Source: Phoronis australis | Lineage: Eukaryota; Animalia; Phoronida | Length of the DNA: 64,000 nucleotides | Reading direction: 5' to 3' | Assembly (NCBI GenBank): GCA_002633005.1 | Contig: NMRA01000214.1 | Span: 203,579-267,578, forward strand | Shown: positions 13,368 to 26,524 of the stretch, one piece after another | Layout: the number at the start of each line of letters is the position of its first letter | Position numbering within the stretch: position 1 is the first letter of the stretch | The notes under the pieces: generated by a model | What the model saw: only the letters and a program-made list of their open reading frames with translations | What the model was told of the DNA's origin: nothing | Database searches by the model: none | Position numbers and translations under genes: made by a program

Positions 13368-15345
13368 AGTCTGAAGCAAACGTTTGGGATCAGGCTACAA
13401 GAACTTCAATGAAAAGGTCCATGTTCGCAATGTCAAATAACCTGGCCGGTACCGGGGATGTTTACCTCCAAACATGATAAAGCAACGAATAGTTGACTTC
13501 GATCGCGTAGGCCTACGTCGAACAAGAACAAGACAAGTTGATTAGGAAAATCTAACTGGGAAGTGTCCACTTCATTCATGAAAAGGACGTGTACTCATTG
13601 TCGATAATCAAAAGAAAATTACACTCGACGATGCTCTGGTCCAAACCTTGCGTACTACATAACATTTAGGAAAGCTTTGATTTGAAGAGGCCCAACAATA
13701 GATTAGCTAAGATATCTAAAACTCGCCGCATACCAGCCAATGTTTTCTACAAACACACCGAGGAAGTTCTTTTGGGAGAGGTCAATTCCGTCTTTGAACA
13801 GCGTATTTACAAATACAAATGAACGGATTATGCTGAATTTCTCAGAAGTTTTAGAAAAATATATTACCTTTCGATCAAGCTCGCTAAAAAGCTCAGAGGT
13901 TTGACCAAGCAGATAAAATTCCTTAAAAACTAAAGGTGGTTAGGTTTCCGTTTTCGCCAAGTGCGCGAGGCTTCTTGCGAATTGTTGTTATAATACCCTC
14001 CCCCCACGATGTCAGCCACGAGTTGAAATATTTTCGAGTATATGCTGCTTGCATATTGGACAGGCGACTGTAGCTGCAAAGGGGTAGCTGTCATGGAAGC
14101 ATAGTTGTGCCGAATTCAAGTTGTTCGCACAAGAGCTCCACAAATCTGTGGTCAATCATAAGGTCAAACGGGGAGGAAAAGTAACAGCGGTAATCTTATC
14201 AATAAATGGAAAGCGGAATATGTTGTAGGGGTGGTAAGCACCGTGGTGAAAGACATTCTGTGTTCTCGACAACATTTTTAGATTTATGGTGTTTTATTTT
14301 ATATTTTGTATTTACAATAATAGACTTAAATTCTTAAATGATATCTGATTGTCGCTTTTTGAAAGAAACATCGCAACATTGTGATAAGTCATCATCTCGA
14401 CACCCCTATTTTATGCGTTTTGAGTACTATTGCAGCTAATTCGGTAACTTGTATACACATCAAACACAAATAGCTGCACTTGGCGTTTTATAAATGTTTT
14501 GAACTATACGGTATCAGTAATCGTCTCATTATTTAAAATATATATTACTTCAGATAATAACACACCTTGGCGAAAGAGTGAGCTTCTTACATAAATAGTC
14601 CTTTTTGAAAAAAAATGTAAATGAAATATACTAACTTTTTATGTATAAAAAGTTGCTTGGTGTTTTTAGGCTCACCAGGCATGTTTTGTTGCACTGAAAA
14701 AATGTCTAAAGCAGTATTTCGTCCTGTTTAGCATACCAATAAAAAAATCAATCTTATTAAATTCCTTATTGTGATAAGACTAATATGTTACCAACAAGTA
14801 CATTGGAACTGTTAGCAACTCAAAAGAATGCTTCAACATCTATTGGGATTATAGTCAATCCTAAAAATGAAAATTCCAAAATGGTACATATACATGTTTG
14901 CAAGCTTTTTGCAAAGGGAGAGGTCTAAATGATAGGTTCTGAAGATAATTCTGCAAACTCAGTAGAAAACCAGTAATGAAATTTAGTACCGTAGCGATCT
15001 ACAGACATGATAAAATAGAAATCATCTGTTTTCATGTTTGTAGCTTCGGCTAAAAAGCAGAATTTGGACCCTCTGTACCCCTCCCCTTGACCCACCATGG
15101 CCTGTGACTTTAGCTGCAGAAATAAAATCCTATCAGTTAGGTAAGGAATATTATGAGACCAATTTTGTGAGGTTAAAAGACCTTATGACTTTTCAGGTAT
15201 TTATCAGCCAGCTAAACAGAGCAGAATGCAGCTTTGAATCCACTCTGCCAACGGCAGATTAATTGTGCAGTGCCTTTATTGGCATGTCTGTGTATTGAGC
15301 CTGACAAAACACTCAGTTCAAACAAAACAATTTTCTGAAAATTAT

Positions 15346-15377
15346 ATATATACATATACAAATATATATACATATAC

Positions 15378-15467
<90 letters not shown>
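15346..15467. repeat. (TA/TACA)n then (TG)n microsatellite, followed by an assembly gap (N 15468-15714)
   Basis: Directly visible. Confidence 0.98.
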
Positions 15468-18400
15468 NNNNNNNNNNNNNNNNNNNNNNNNNNNNNNNNN
15501 NNNNNNNNNNNNNNNNNNNNNNNNNNNNNNNNNNNNNNNNNNNNNNNNNNNNNNNNNNNNNNNNNNNNNNNNNNNNNNNNNNNNNNNNNNNNNNNNNNNN
15601 NNNNNNNNNNNNNNNNNNNNNNNNNNNNNNNNNNNNNNNNNNNNNNNNNNNNNNNNNNNNNNNNNNNNNNNNNNNNNNNNNNNNNNNNNNNNNNNNNNNN
15701 NNNNNNNNNNNNNNAGGGGGGGGAGGGGGGGGCACTTTTTCAGTGCCGCGCAGCTCATGCTTCTGCTGACCATTCAGAGGCTTTACAACCAAGGAGTGTA
15801 GTACACTCCTTGCTTTAACCCACAGAGCCATCGGGAGCACCAGTCGAATAGTGAGAAATCCATATTTGCACAAACTCAGGAGTTCAAGGGCGAAATGCCC
15901 ACCACTAAGTCTGATTGGATTTTGGCGGGGTGCTGATCAGGGTTTGCAATTTACTGAAACATGAAAATTTGAAAAATCTGCCGATATGCTTCATGCCAAT
16001 CGGTCATTAACTGGGTCACGTGACCATAGACATTTTAGCAAAAGAAGAAAAGACTATACATCATAACAAAACAATAGTATTAATAACTCAACCAGTTTTG
16101 ATAAAATGTTCAAAATGAAATCTCACAAGCGTTGTTATAGATTCCTAAATTATTATCTCGTTTTTTGTTTGCATTATTTTTTCTCCATTGATTAAAAACG
16201 AACCAAAAATGACTTGCAGTCTCAAAATATAAAGGTGTACCGTTTCAATTAAAACGGTGTTTTGTTTATCTATGACAGGTAGGTCGGCAGACTATACACC
16301 CGGCTAAAAATCTACTGCCTTTAGGGGTGAATATTGACCTTTTTCTTTTTAAAGTGACCGGCTTTTGAGTTTTTATCCACCTGGCTTAGCACCAATATGA
16401 TACCTTTACCACACTTTCTACATTTGTCGAATGGTAATGCAACACGCCAGGGGAACAGTAATTAATGCAGGAAAATGTCTCACAAACATTACAGCTAGCA
16501 TGAGGCTAACTCCGTGTTCGTCCGTATTCCAGACGACACCTGTTTTCAGAGATCGATTCCAATCTTTCTTTTGTTACTCGCCAGGATCAGACGCCAGTCA
16601 TCCACTCAAAACTGTTGTCAACAAATAAAAAGCCATTCGAAGCGTTCTGGCCAATTTTTATAGTATTCCTTCTGAGAAAGATGGATTCGACCAGTTTCTG
16701 TCCTTGACGTTTCAATTTATTTCAGCCAGCAATTCGTTGGGGGTGAATACATCGTTAATGCAATAATTGCCCTGTACAACGCAATAGGAGCTAAGATCAA
16801 CTTTCGTGATATCAAAGGCTGACAGCGACGGGGCATCGTCTTTCTCGATTCCTTTGGGAAGCATTGTCCAACCATTAGAAACCATTGAACGGACGGTTAT
16901 GGGAATCTGTACTAAAAATCTACTGCCTTTAGGTGCTCCCCATGTATTATTTGGGGTTTTGTTACCCCAACGCCGAACCTTAACCAGACTGTAACCATCC
17001 TGTCTTAATTGATTAAAAAAGTAATGCTCGTGGCTTAGCTGCAATTCTGAAGAAAATCTATTCAGTAATTTAGAACTCTTGTAAAAAGGCTGGATTTTAA
17101 AAAATCAAATAAAAATTCAAAGATGGCTGCTATTTACTTCTCAATTTTGAAAACAGTAATGTTGGTCGTTTGCCTTACTTAGTTCGCTTTTTTACTTTGA
17201 AACTCCTGCGCTAAACAGGCGTATCGGTTCGCGACCGCAATTATCCCATCCAGCACGTTCAGCCAATAGCGACTTGTTCACTTCAAGTCCGTGACGGCGA
17301 CATCAAGCCTTTGATGTGTCGCGAACTTCGCTGGGTGCTCTGGGGGTAAACAGTGCACGCTTTCTCATCGGGGCAATTCTTAGTAATCATGCTTAATTAA
17401 AGCATGCACGCACACAAGGGGGGCTCGGGGGGGGCTCGAACGATCCCCCAATTTGGCCGAAGTGGGTAAAAAGATTCACCTCAGTGAAACATAAAGGGTA
17501 AACGAGACAAAAATCCGCAAAATCCAGAAGAAGTCGGCGCGGATGCACAATTCGGTGAGCCTGAACCCAGTGGCTCCGTTTTTTTTTGTTTTTTNAATTC
17601 GGTGAGCCTGAACCCAGTGGCTCCGTTTTTTTTTTGTTTTTTTTTGTTTTTTTTTTTAGTCCTAGTTAAATTTCTTTCAATAAAGGGTCCGCATATCGAA
17701 AAATTCGAGCCCCCATATATTTTAGGCTGGGATTTGGCTTATTAGCGACTTCCCCATCCAGTTCTCTGAAACAAAATAATGCTCTGTAACCTTCGGCAAC
17801 CCTCAAAAGTTTGGAGAAAATTTTGAAAACTCGAACGTGACCTACGCTTTATTCTACACGGCAACTGTGGGGGAAAAGACCACCCATCATGGACCATAAT
17901 ATCCAATCTGTGCTCTTCTGTTTGGTTCGTTCGAGCCCCCCGAGCCCCCCTGGGTGCGTGCATGCAGTTTTCCGGTAACAATAGCTTTGAAGACGGGCCG
18001 CTGGAATACCTCCTAGTCGACAGAACGTAAGCTTTTCTCTCGGAAGCAGACACCAGGAAAACCGCATACTGCGACCTCTAACGGTTGTGCTTGAATGCTT
18101 CCGTTCCGCTCTTGAGTGAAAAGACAAAAATGGCTCGCGACGTGTGACCTTATGACAAGCCTTACGAGCACCTATGCATTTCAAGGTAATTGCCACCGCT
18201 GATCAAAGGGTATTATTGATACCCTTAACGTTCACAGAAATGTACCTGTCCTGTGGACTTGTGATTGCGCCAGTTGGGCAGTTGTCTGAATAGGACACTT
18301 GAAATCTGGTCTGAGCCCCCCCCCCCACACACACGCACACTCAAACAAAAAAGTCCACGCATTGTCAGATCTTGTTTCGGACGTATAATGTTAATAACTG

Positions 18401-18507
18401 GGGTTAATTAATAACCTCAATATTTTCTCTAGCCTTGGCACAAAACTGTATGCGATAGTCTTCATATACAGTTAGTTGGCTGGCTGTATTTCCTCATCAT
18501 GTAAACT

Positions 18508-19171
18508 CCGTGAGGACTTGACAGGGACCTCAGCCTGAGGTCCCTGTCAAGTCCTCAGTCCTCACCCCTGAGGCTCAGGGGTCTCACACTCCACTGATTT
18601 ATCCACATTATTTAGAAAACGTTTTGCCCAGTCACGAATTGTGAGATAAGCATACCAGCAGCTGACGTAGCAAGTAGAATTATATACCTATCGTTTATCA
18701 CATTGGTGTAGACTCACAGTTGAACTGTGGTTTTCTGTAGACCCCAGACCGTCCCGAGTTGCACCATATACCAACTCCGGACGGTCTCTCACGACGATTA
18801 AGCGTTATGATGCTTTAAGTTGGTTGCTTTATTATTTTTGCGGCCACCAAGGGTGGATCACTAAACTCTCCTATTGTAAGCCCTTGGTTGTCGTGGAAAC
18901 ATAACGTAAACTTGCCGTGAGGACTTAACAGGGACCTCAGGGGTCTCACACTCCACTGATTTATCCACATTATTTTGAAAACGCTTTGTCCAGTCACACA
19001 TTGTGTGTCATAAAAGCATACCTGCAGCTGACGCAACAAGTAGAACTACTCTCGTTTATCACATTGGTGTAGACTCACAGTTGAACTGTGGTTTTCTGTA
19101 GACCCCAGACCATCCCGAGTTGCACCATATACCAACTCTGGACGGCCTCTCACGAGGATTAAGCGTTATGA
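18508..19171. repeat. Tandem duplication, two copies (about 18508-18811 and 18916-19171), with internal hairpins
   Basis: Near-identical blocks GGGGTCTCACACTCCACTGATTTATCCACATTATTT ... ATTAAGCGTTATGA in both copies. Confidence 0.9.
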
Positions 19172-20385
19172 CATTTTTCCAAGTCAAATTCTATCCTTCA
19201 ACAATAGAAAGTGATGTCAACAGCTCAGCAAGAGGCCAGCATCTTGACTCTGCCATCGCTGCAAGTGCACAATCACCTTATACCGCAACTCTTTATTAAA
19301 CACAGTTTGTGTCAGTCTCATATTTGTTGAATGTTTGTGAATGCAGGCCTGAATGGCCATTGCATCACTTTTTATTACGTATTACGTAAATAACGAATTC
19401 GTGCCAGGGGAACAAATGTTAATGTGGAAAAATGTCTTTCCAAGAAACCAGAGATCTGGATTTTTAGAAAATTTAACATCAAAAACAGCTGATTGCCCCT
19501 TTAATTTCAGTGTTGATCGTTGATTTTTGCTTACTTCAAGATATTCTAGACTCAAGGACACTTGGGAGTCCCTCCCCCTAGGAAAGCCACTCGCTGAATT
19601 TAGAATATATTGTTCCAGGCCGACTTAACACCCACCCCTGGTTGTTTTGTGCCAGAAATTTCAGTTTTAGTTGTTAAATGCCCTGGACTATCAGATGATG
19701 AGCCCATAGGAGTACATCTGATCGTATTGAGTAGAGTTCAGTTGGTCTAGGTGTGCAACTGTAAAACCACCTCAGTGCTAACATGAGATGAGACAGTCTT
19801 GTGAATTTTGGACATAGAAATTAATTTAAAAAAAAGAAATATGGGACTCATGTAATGCTTGTTTTCATCATGGTTCTGTAAATTCTTGGAGGATTTTATG
19901 TATTTTTTTGTATTTGCAAAGCGGTCTGTAATCGATGTCATTATATTAACTCTCAGAAATTTTAGAATGAGGTCGTAAGTTTGATTTCTCTTTACTAAAA
20001 TTCTTGTTTTCAGGTGATGATTTTGATTTAACGGTCTCTATTAATGAAAATGAAATCATCTAAGTTAATTTAAGGCGGTATTTAGCCTTGTTTAGCTGGC
20101 TAGAAAACAAAAATCAGTCTCGTATTCCTCACGTTATAGTTTGTTGGGATTGACCAACCCTACAATTATGGATTCAAGAATGGCGCATGTACACACTGGC
20201 TATGAGTTGAGTTGCCAGCTCATTTGGCAATAGATCCGAAGAGTGTGGTAATGTTTTTTAACCTGAAAGAGTTTCAATAGACAGGCCAGGGGTGAAATGC
20301 AGCTTTGTGTTTAGACTTTAAATTAACTCCTTCATTTTTATATTTTCAGACCCACCGATTATTCAGCACACAGAGTCTTTGGCTG

Positions 20386-21426
20386 ATGCTTCTGTTAGCT
20401 ACAATCATATTAATATGGCTACTGCAACAAATTTATTTTCGCTCCGAAGCATTTGTAGGGAATCCTATCCAGTGGCGACACCTTCACCAGGATACTCTGT
20501 ATCAATACGCATCAAGGTTCACGAAGACATTCGTTTATTTCTTCACACATGAACACCCTCATCTTGCGTACCCTGCAAAGGACACATATCTGATGGATAA
20601 TGTTACTCTCGTCACAGCGTTCTTTAACATTGGCTCCTTTCAAAAGGCCTCTGTTGGGGTCTACAATGCGTCCATCTACATGGAACAGGCCATCAAGTTT
20701 TCGCGGGTAAAAAATTATGTTGTGCTCTACTCAGATGACTGGGACTATATAAGGACGTTTGAGTCCCACAGAAAGGAATTTGTTGGTAGGACTAAAGTCG
20801 TATTTGTGAACAAATCAAAAATGTGGTCGTTTTCATTGAAGAATCGTGTCTCAAAAATATTTTCCAATCCACGGTATCCTAAGTTTCAGCCTAACACAGT
20901 AAATCCAAGCTATTCATGCGCAATGATTGCTAAGTATGAAATCGTTGCCACTGCAATGGAGGCTAATTATTTCCAGACATCGTACTTTGCGTGGATTGAT
21001 CAAGGTTATTTTCGTGAATTCCGTGTGGATGGTCCAAAATTCACTATTGGTACACCGCCAGGATTCGACAACAGAACTGTTTGTTTTGGTGAAATATTCA
21101 AACAATCCAACCCAGGTACAGTGAGAAATATTTTCTTCACCAACAATGTGTGGATCAGCGCTGGATTTTTTCTAGCTGAGATCAACACCATGAAAAGTTT
21201 TGTAGATCAATTTAAGAGACATGTTCTTCAGTATATAGAAAAGCACCTGAGCAGTTCTGATCAACAAGTACTGTACGCCATGTATTGGCAGGATGCACAG
21301 ATGCATTCTGGGACCAGTCACTTGCCACCATTACAGGTTTACTTGACAAACTTAGAACCAGGAGACTGTTGGTTTTTCTTAGGAAAACTCTGTATTCTTG
21401 AAGATTTTTATGTGAAAATTCAATAA
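20386..21426 (+). CDS. HtrL/YibB-family (glycosyltransferase-like) protein with N-terminal signal anchor, about 346 aa, single coding exon
   Basis: 373-codon open frame. Acceptor ttttcag ends at 20349; first in-frame ATG at 20386 opens hydrophobic MLLLATIILIWLLQQ. Motifs VTLVTAFFNIG, VVLYSDD, YSCAMIAKY, YFAWIDQGYFR, VWISAGFF and SDQQVLY recall HtrL_YibB proteins. AATAAA overlaps the stop. A short upstream coding exon cannot be excluded. Confidence 0.8.
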   Translation: MLLLATIILIWLLQQIYFRSEAFVGNPIQWRHLHQDTLYQYASRFTKTFVYFFTHEHPHLAYPAKDTYLMDNVTLVTAFFNIGSFQKASVGVYNASIYMEQAIKFSRVKNYVVLYSDDWDYIRTFESHRKEFVGRTKVVFVNKSKMWSFSLKNRVSKIFSNPRYPKFQPNTVNPSYSCAMIAKYEIVATAMEANYFQTSYFAWIDQGYFREFRVDGPKFTIGTPPGFDNRTVCFGEIFKQSNPGTVRNIFFTNNVWISAGFFLAEINTMKSFVDQFKRHVLQYIEKHLSSSDQQVLYAMYWQDAQMHSGTSHLPPLQVYLTNLEPGDCWFFLGKLCILEDFYVKIQ

Positions 21427-24400
21427 AATAAGCATTTAAATTAACATTGTATTTGAAATACCGATCTCAGTTGCTGTATGGAATCAATGGATCAGCATGT
21501 GACTCCACAATGCTGACAACAGAATATTTGAAGTTCAAGTTCAGATTTGTGTTCCTATTAAAATTATAGTTATATGGCGCACATTATGAGAATGGTATCT
21601 GGCATTCAGGATCATTTGTGCTCTTCTGTTGGCTCGGGAAACTTTCACAGCATAACTTCTATTACAACTCCTCATAATACAGTAATCCTATGCACAAAAG
21701 ACACCAACATATTTTCCGATAGTCAAGGTGTGTCAATTTACTGATTATAAAGCCAGACTTTGTAGTTGATGGGAGTGAAAAACTAACTGAGTACTGGTAA
21801 TTAAGTATCGCCAACTGAATATGTGTGTGTGACTAAATGCGACATAGGGGTTGTAAACGTGGTCCAATTAATGCTAATTACGTTTCTTAAACCTGTTCCA
21901 ATATAAGTCAAGAGTACTTTACCTGATCATTGGTAAAACAGTCTTTTGATCACGTGACTCTGGGTGACATCCCAATCATCCAGGTCACCCCTTTCACCTT
22001 GTGTTTTCAAGTGCACATGAGATATTCCATTTTCAAATTTGTTGATTAAATAATGAATACACAATGTTCAGACCTTATTACCGCAAGCGTGTAGTATCAG
22101 AATTAATTGCAGGGTAGTGTGCATTGATATTTTCCAAAGTTCAAAACTGACTGTCCCACCAGGTAGTTTCGGGTGGCTGAGGTGTGTTCTTAAACGATGG
22201 ATGAAATCTAGTCTCTCATTGAAAATTGCATTGTACCGTCAATTTCCCCACTTGTGGCAGGTCTACCTAAAGGTACTGACAGCCCAAGAGGCAACTCGTT
22301 AACATTTGTCCTTTTGTCACCCCAACGCCATGAGTGCGCCTGAGCCAGACTATGACTAACTCGTCCTTACATAAAAAGTTAATTAATGCATGTGGCTCAG
22401 CCGTGCTGCTGAAGAAAACTTATTCGCATTTTAAAAATTCAATCATTACAGGGCCCGGTGTGTAATGCTATTCAAAATCAAACTCGACATTATTTTTCTA
22501 CTTTTGTGAAAACTCAAGACAAGTTTCTATTGTTCTGTTTTAGTACATAATGGCTTAGGCCCTCTATCATGTATATAACCTTCGTAGTCATCAAGTACAA
22601 ACTTGGACTAAGCAGACTAATGACCACTTAGGTTGACTCAGCTCGCACAAAAGAACAGAAAATGGCAAGAATAATTTCGAGTTTGATTTTGCCGCTTAAG
22701 ATTAAATCCTGGCCCCAATTAAGATTCAGTTAGTTCTCATAATGGTTAGAACAACCTCCAAGAACTCACCGTAACAAAATCAGTCCCACTTACTCAGACA
22801 CACTGGCTCAGAAGGGTTTGTAGATTTTTGTTTCCTCTGAAAATTAACAATTTGTAGTTGCTTGAACCTCCATCAGTGGCTCTATGGCCACGGAACTAGT
22901 GAGCGATCATGCAAGCCAGAACTCCATAAAAGCTTCCTTGAAAGCCCAGCCTGGGTCCCTTTCGTGAGAGCTTTGAACAGTTATTTCTTTTAAATAACTT
23001 ATCACTAAATGTTTATAATATATAATGATAATATTACATAACAGTAGGGAGGTATTACCAGGAAGGGACAGTGCAACTGCTTTGGGACATTGTAATGTGT
23101 TTTCAAACGTGATTTCAAAACTAAATTTTCAAGTTGTCAGCAATCCGAGCATTGTGTTTGAAAACTATTCTTTACCTACAAAATTACACCTCTTCGGTCC
23201 CCAAAGATTGTATATTGGTGGCGCCGGGAGGCTTTGAACATGACTTGTTTTACCCTTTCAAAACACTCTCCTCTCTGATAACAGTAACTAAAGAGACTAT
23301 AAACTAAATGTCTATCCTTGTGTGGAAAGCGGCTTTCTTTCTAAGCATATACCCTATCCTAACTTTTGCCATACAAGTGAGATTCATCATAATAATTCGC
23401 CAATAAATGTGTGAGTGTGTGTGGGATGCGATTACTGGGAAATTAGGGTCGCTGCACGTAGTTATGGCGTGGAATAGTTTCCACCCGGTGTGTAGTGCTT
23501 CTATCAATCGTAAAACAGAAATTATTCCACCAAATACGATTCAATAAGTGTGACCGGGGCGTTCAAGTTATTTTTGAAGAGTTGAGTTTTGTTGCGTGAC
23601 TGGTGTGTGGATCCATCACGGGTAGAGGCGACTAGCTCCAAAAATAACGCCACCGAGATGCTACTTTGATGCAAAAGTAGAATGAGATGAAGACAGACTC
23701 TGAGGATTACATGTAGCTACAGTAAATCACTCCGAGATCTCGAGGTTTTCAATTGCATTGTCATGAGTCATGCTAACGAAGATTTTAGAGAATGTGACAA
23801 ACTGAACTTTAAAACCGTAAGAGTCTATCACTGGAATGAGCCAAAAACTTACGTTAACACGCTTAATACTCTGAAAATATGGAGGTGGGGCCCCCAGCAA
23901 AACAAGCAGTACAGGGTACCCCCGACTCGCACGACTGATGCTTTTCTCCAATCGCCTTCTAGAACTCAAGAAAAGATTCCTGACTCAAATCACAGATTTA
24001 AGAACATGAAAACTCGAAAAGCACCTAGTTTTTAATAGGGGGTTTCCGTGTATGAGATCAGATGGCTCAACAACTCAAGGGTTCACGCTTCCTAATTTCA
24101 AGCCCGCTCCGATTTGCATGCTTGTGCGCCCGCGAAAAACCCACTACAATTTCTAATTTGTAAATCATTGTTTTACAAATTATGAACAATCTTGTCAGAA
24201 ATTGATGGTTCAGTTAACGCCCTATTAAAATTCGGTGAAATAAGTATCACTTGGTGCGACTTTAGCAAAAACTTCAGTCATAATTTTGTCAAAGTAAAGT
24301 AATAGAAGTTTCGATGCATTTTGTCGCAGGTGAATGTAAACAGTGTCGGCGTAGCACCTGAAAATGGCATGCTGTAGACGATTTTGGTGTGTGCTGGAAG

Positions 24401-26259
24401 AGGAGGCGAGGCCCCGAACTCCCTGAACTGTGGTGTAGTTGCTCTATGATACTTGCGTAGAACGTCGATTTGAAAATTCAAAGTTGTACCAATATTTTTT
24501 CGCTCGTCTTTTCAAATATTACAGTCAAAACTATGTAAATCGCTCTCCATAAAAGGTACAATCATCTAGGCTAGATTGTAATCAGATGATCGTATCCGCA
24601 TGAGCGAAGCCAATTACCCTCACTCATAACTCGATGAATAGAGCAGCTACGCGGGATCCTTTGATCGTGAGCTGAACACAACACAGCCAAGATGGATAAA
24701 TACAGTCTAGTTCAATCTGCCAAACCGCACAGCTTTCCCTGATCAGTGGGATTTGACGTAATCTCATTTAGTGGGAATGTTTATGGCATGGTGAAGACTG
24801 ACAGACGAATTTTTCTTTGCCACTGAAACAGAAGAATTTTTGCAGTTCATTTGTTCGTAATGACTTTGAATTTCTGTTCATGTCAAAGCATTTTCCCCTT
24901 AGTTTCAAATTTCAGAAATCAATCTGTCAACTGCTCGTACTTCGTCAAGTTTTTCTTCCCCACGGCAAAACACCTCTTCTTATTGGGCATGGTGAGACAT
25001 AGACCAAGCACATGTGACCTTTGACTTTTGATGTAAACAAAACAATGGCCATTTCAAGCTGCAGCCCGTCCAATTTCTTTAAGCGCATGCGCGCATATAT
25101 ATTTTTAGAGGCGGAAAATTTGAAAACTGTCTATGAAAGGGTTTTCATTTCGTCTGTATTTCAAAAATAGTGAATGTGACGATTTTTTTTAGAAATTCTT
25201 GAATAACACGTTAGCATCCCCAAAAACTAGATTCACCACGATTTGCTTGAAAGGTACTTTTCACAAGTTTTTGTATTCCATGCCCCTTTAAAACAGCTAT
25301 CAACAGGCGTTATGTGACAGAAAACAGATTTTGATTTTGGGATTGGAGAGAACTGATAGTTCATTATTGCTTGACATTAGTTTGTTATGGTGAGCATGGC
25401 CTACAAAACTCCACAAACTGCCAATTTGCAAGACCAAAATCACTTCTCATCTCATTAAGGAGAGAATACATGATCATTGTTGTTTAATTTTTTATTAAAA
25501 ATGAAATGTAATACCTTATAGTGATTCCTTCTCGATAAATTCATTCAAAAACCATAAAATGATGTACTTTTCCTAGCAATAAGTCAGTTGGTGAATAACA
25601 GGCTGGTTAAGTACACAGACACAGGTCTGCATTTTGCCTGCCATATCACTGGTAACAACGGCAGAAGCAGAATCTCCACAAGTAACAGCACTAACCGAGC
25701 TAAGCTTCTAATGAGACCACATGCTGCTGAGATACCCAAGAGGTCTACACGTCTAGAGGTATGCCCGAGTGGGCATGTGGGAATTTAAGATGGTGTGCGT
25801 TGCACTCAACATTTTCAAATCACACAGAAAAAAGAATCTGATCACATTCTGTTGACGAAGGTCCACTCTTTCAAATGAAATATTTTTTTCTTGATTAAGA
25901 AGTAGTTGTAATATGTAAAAAATTGTTAATTTTCCGCTTGACCCTTCCTAGTAATAACTTCTTGGTGTGACTCATGGTGATCAGAATTCTTCTTGCACTT
26001 GGCCACCATGACGGAGAGTTCTGCATCATTTTGTCTTGTTTTTGACGTGCTTTTTATGAAAGTTTCGTCAATGTCACCGAATTCCGTTTCTTTGAACTTT
26101 GCCGTAGATTTCTCTTCTAAAATAAGATTGAAAGGCGCACTTCTCCAAATGAAGCAAATGAAAAAATCGTTAGAAGAAACATGATCAGCAAAGTACATTA
26201 GCATCAAAATGATGGTCATGCAATCTTGATCTTGTCACACAGTTGAAGTATTCAGACAA

Positions 26260-26400
26260 AACGACCCACAATTACCCGTCACGACAATTGGGCGGGAGCC
26301 AAATTCAACGTCTGAGTGATCTTCCCTCATGACCGAGAATGAAGTGGAATTAACAGGAAGATCATTTTACCTATTAAAAGAATTAGCCGTCATGACAGGG
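26260..26400. repeat. Dispersed repeat family; copies at about 41208-41434 (opposite strand), 56820-57015 and partially 45040-45120
   Basis: Shared TCATGACGGCTAATTC, CTTCATTCT(C/T)GGTCAT, GGAGACTACTCT and GAATTTGGCT(T/C)C blocks. Confidence 0.6.
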
Positions 26401-26524
26401 AAAAGATATTTTGCCTGATTATTTTTGTTCCAGGAAGTTTCAAACACAGTTTGCTTTCTTCAAGTAAATCTGTTTTGAATCTACCAAGGACTACATATAA
26501 ACTTTGGATCCATATATTTTTCCA

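Noticed and set aside
15265-15873. Five long ORFs (CVCV/THTH, poly-X) in the ORF track
   Set aside because: Artefacts of the (TG)n microsatellite and the N gap.
16712-17044. 110-aa minus-strand ORF that looks exon-like
   Set aside because: No family recognised, no compatible partner exons found, and it lies among repeat fragments; possibly decayed transposon coding sequence.
17549-17640. 46-bp direct repeat AATTCGGTGAGCCTGAACCCAGTGGCTCCG-poly(T)
   Set aside because: The copies meet at a single N (17595): contig-overlap artefact.
23091-23230. TGTAAT...ATTACA followed by TGGTGGCGCC, resembling an LTR plus primer-binding site
   Set aside because: Under 100 bp, no second LTR, and no gag/pol remnants seen.
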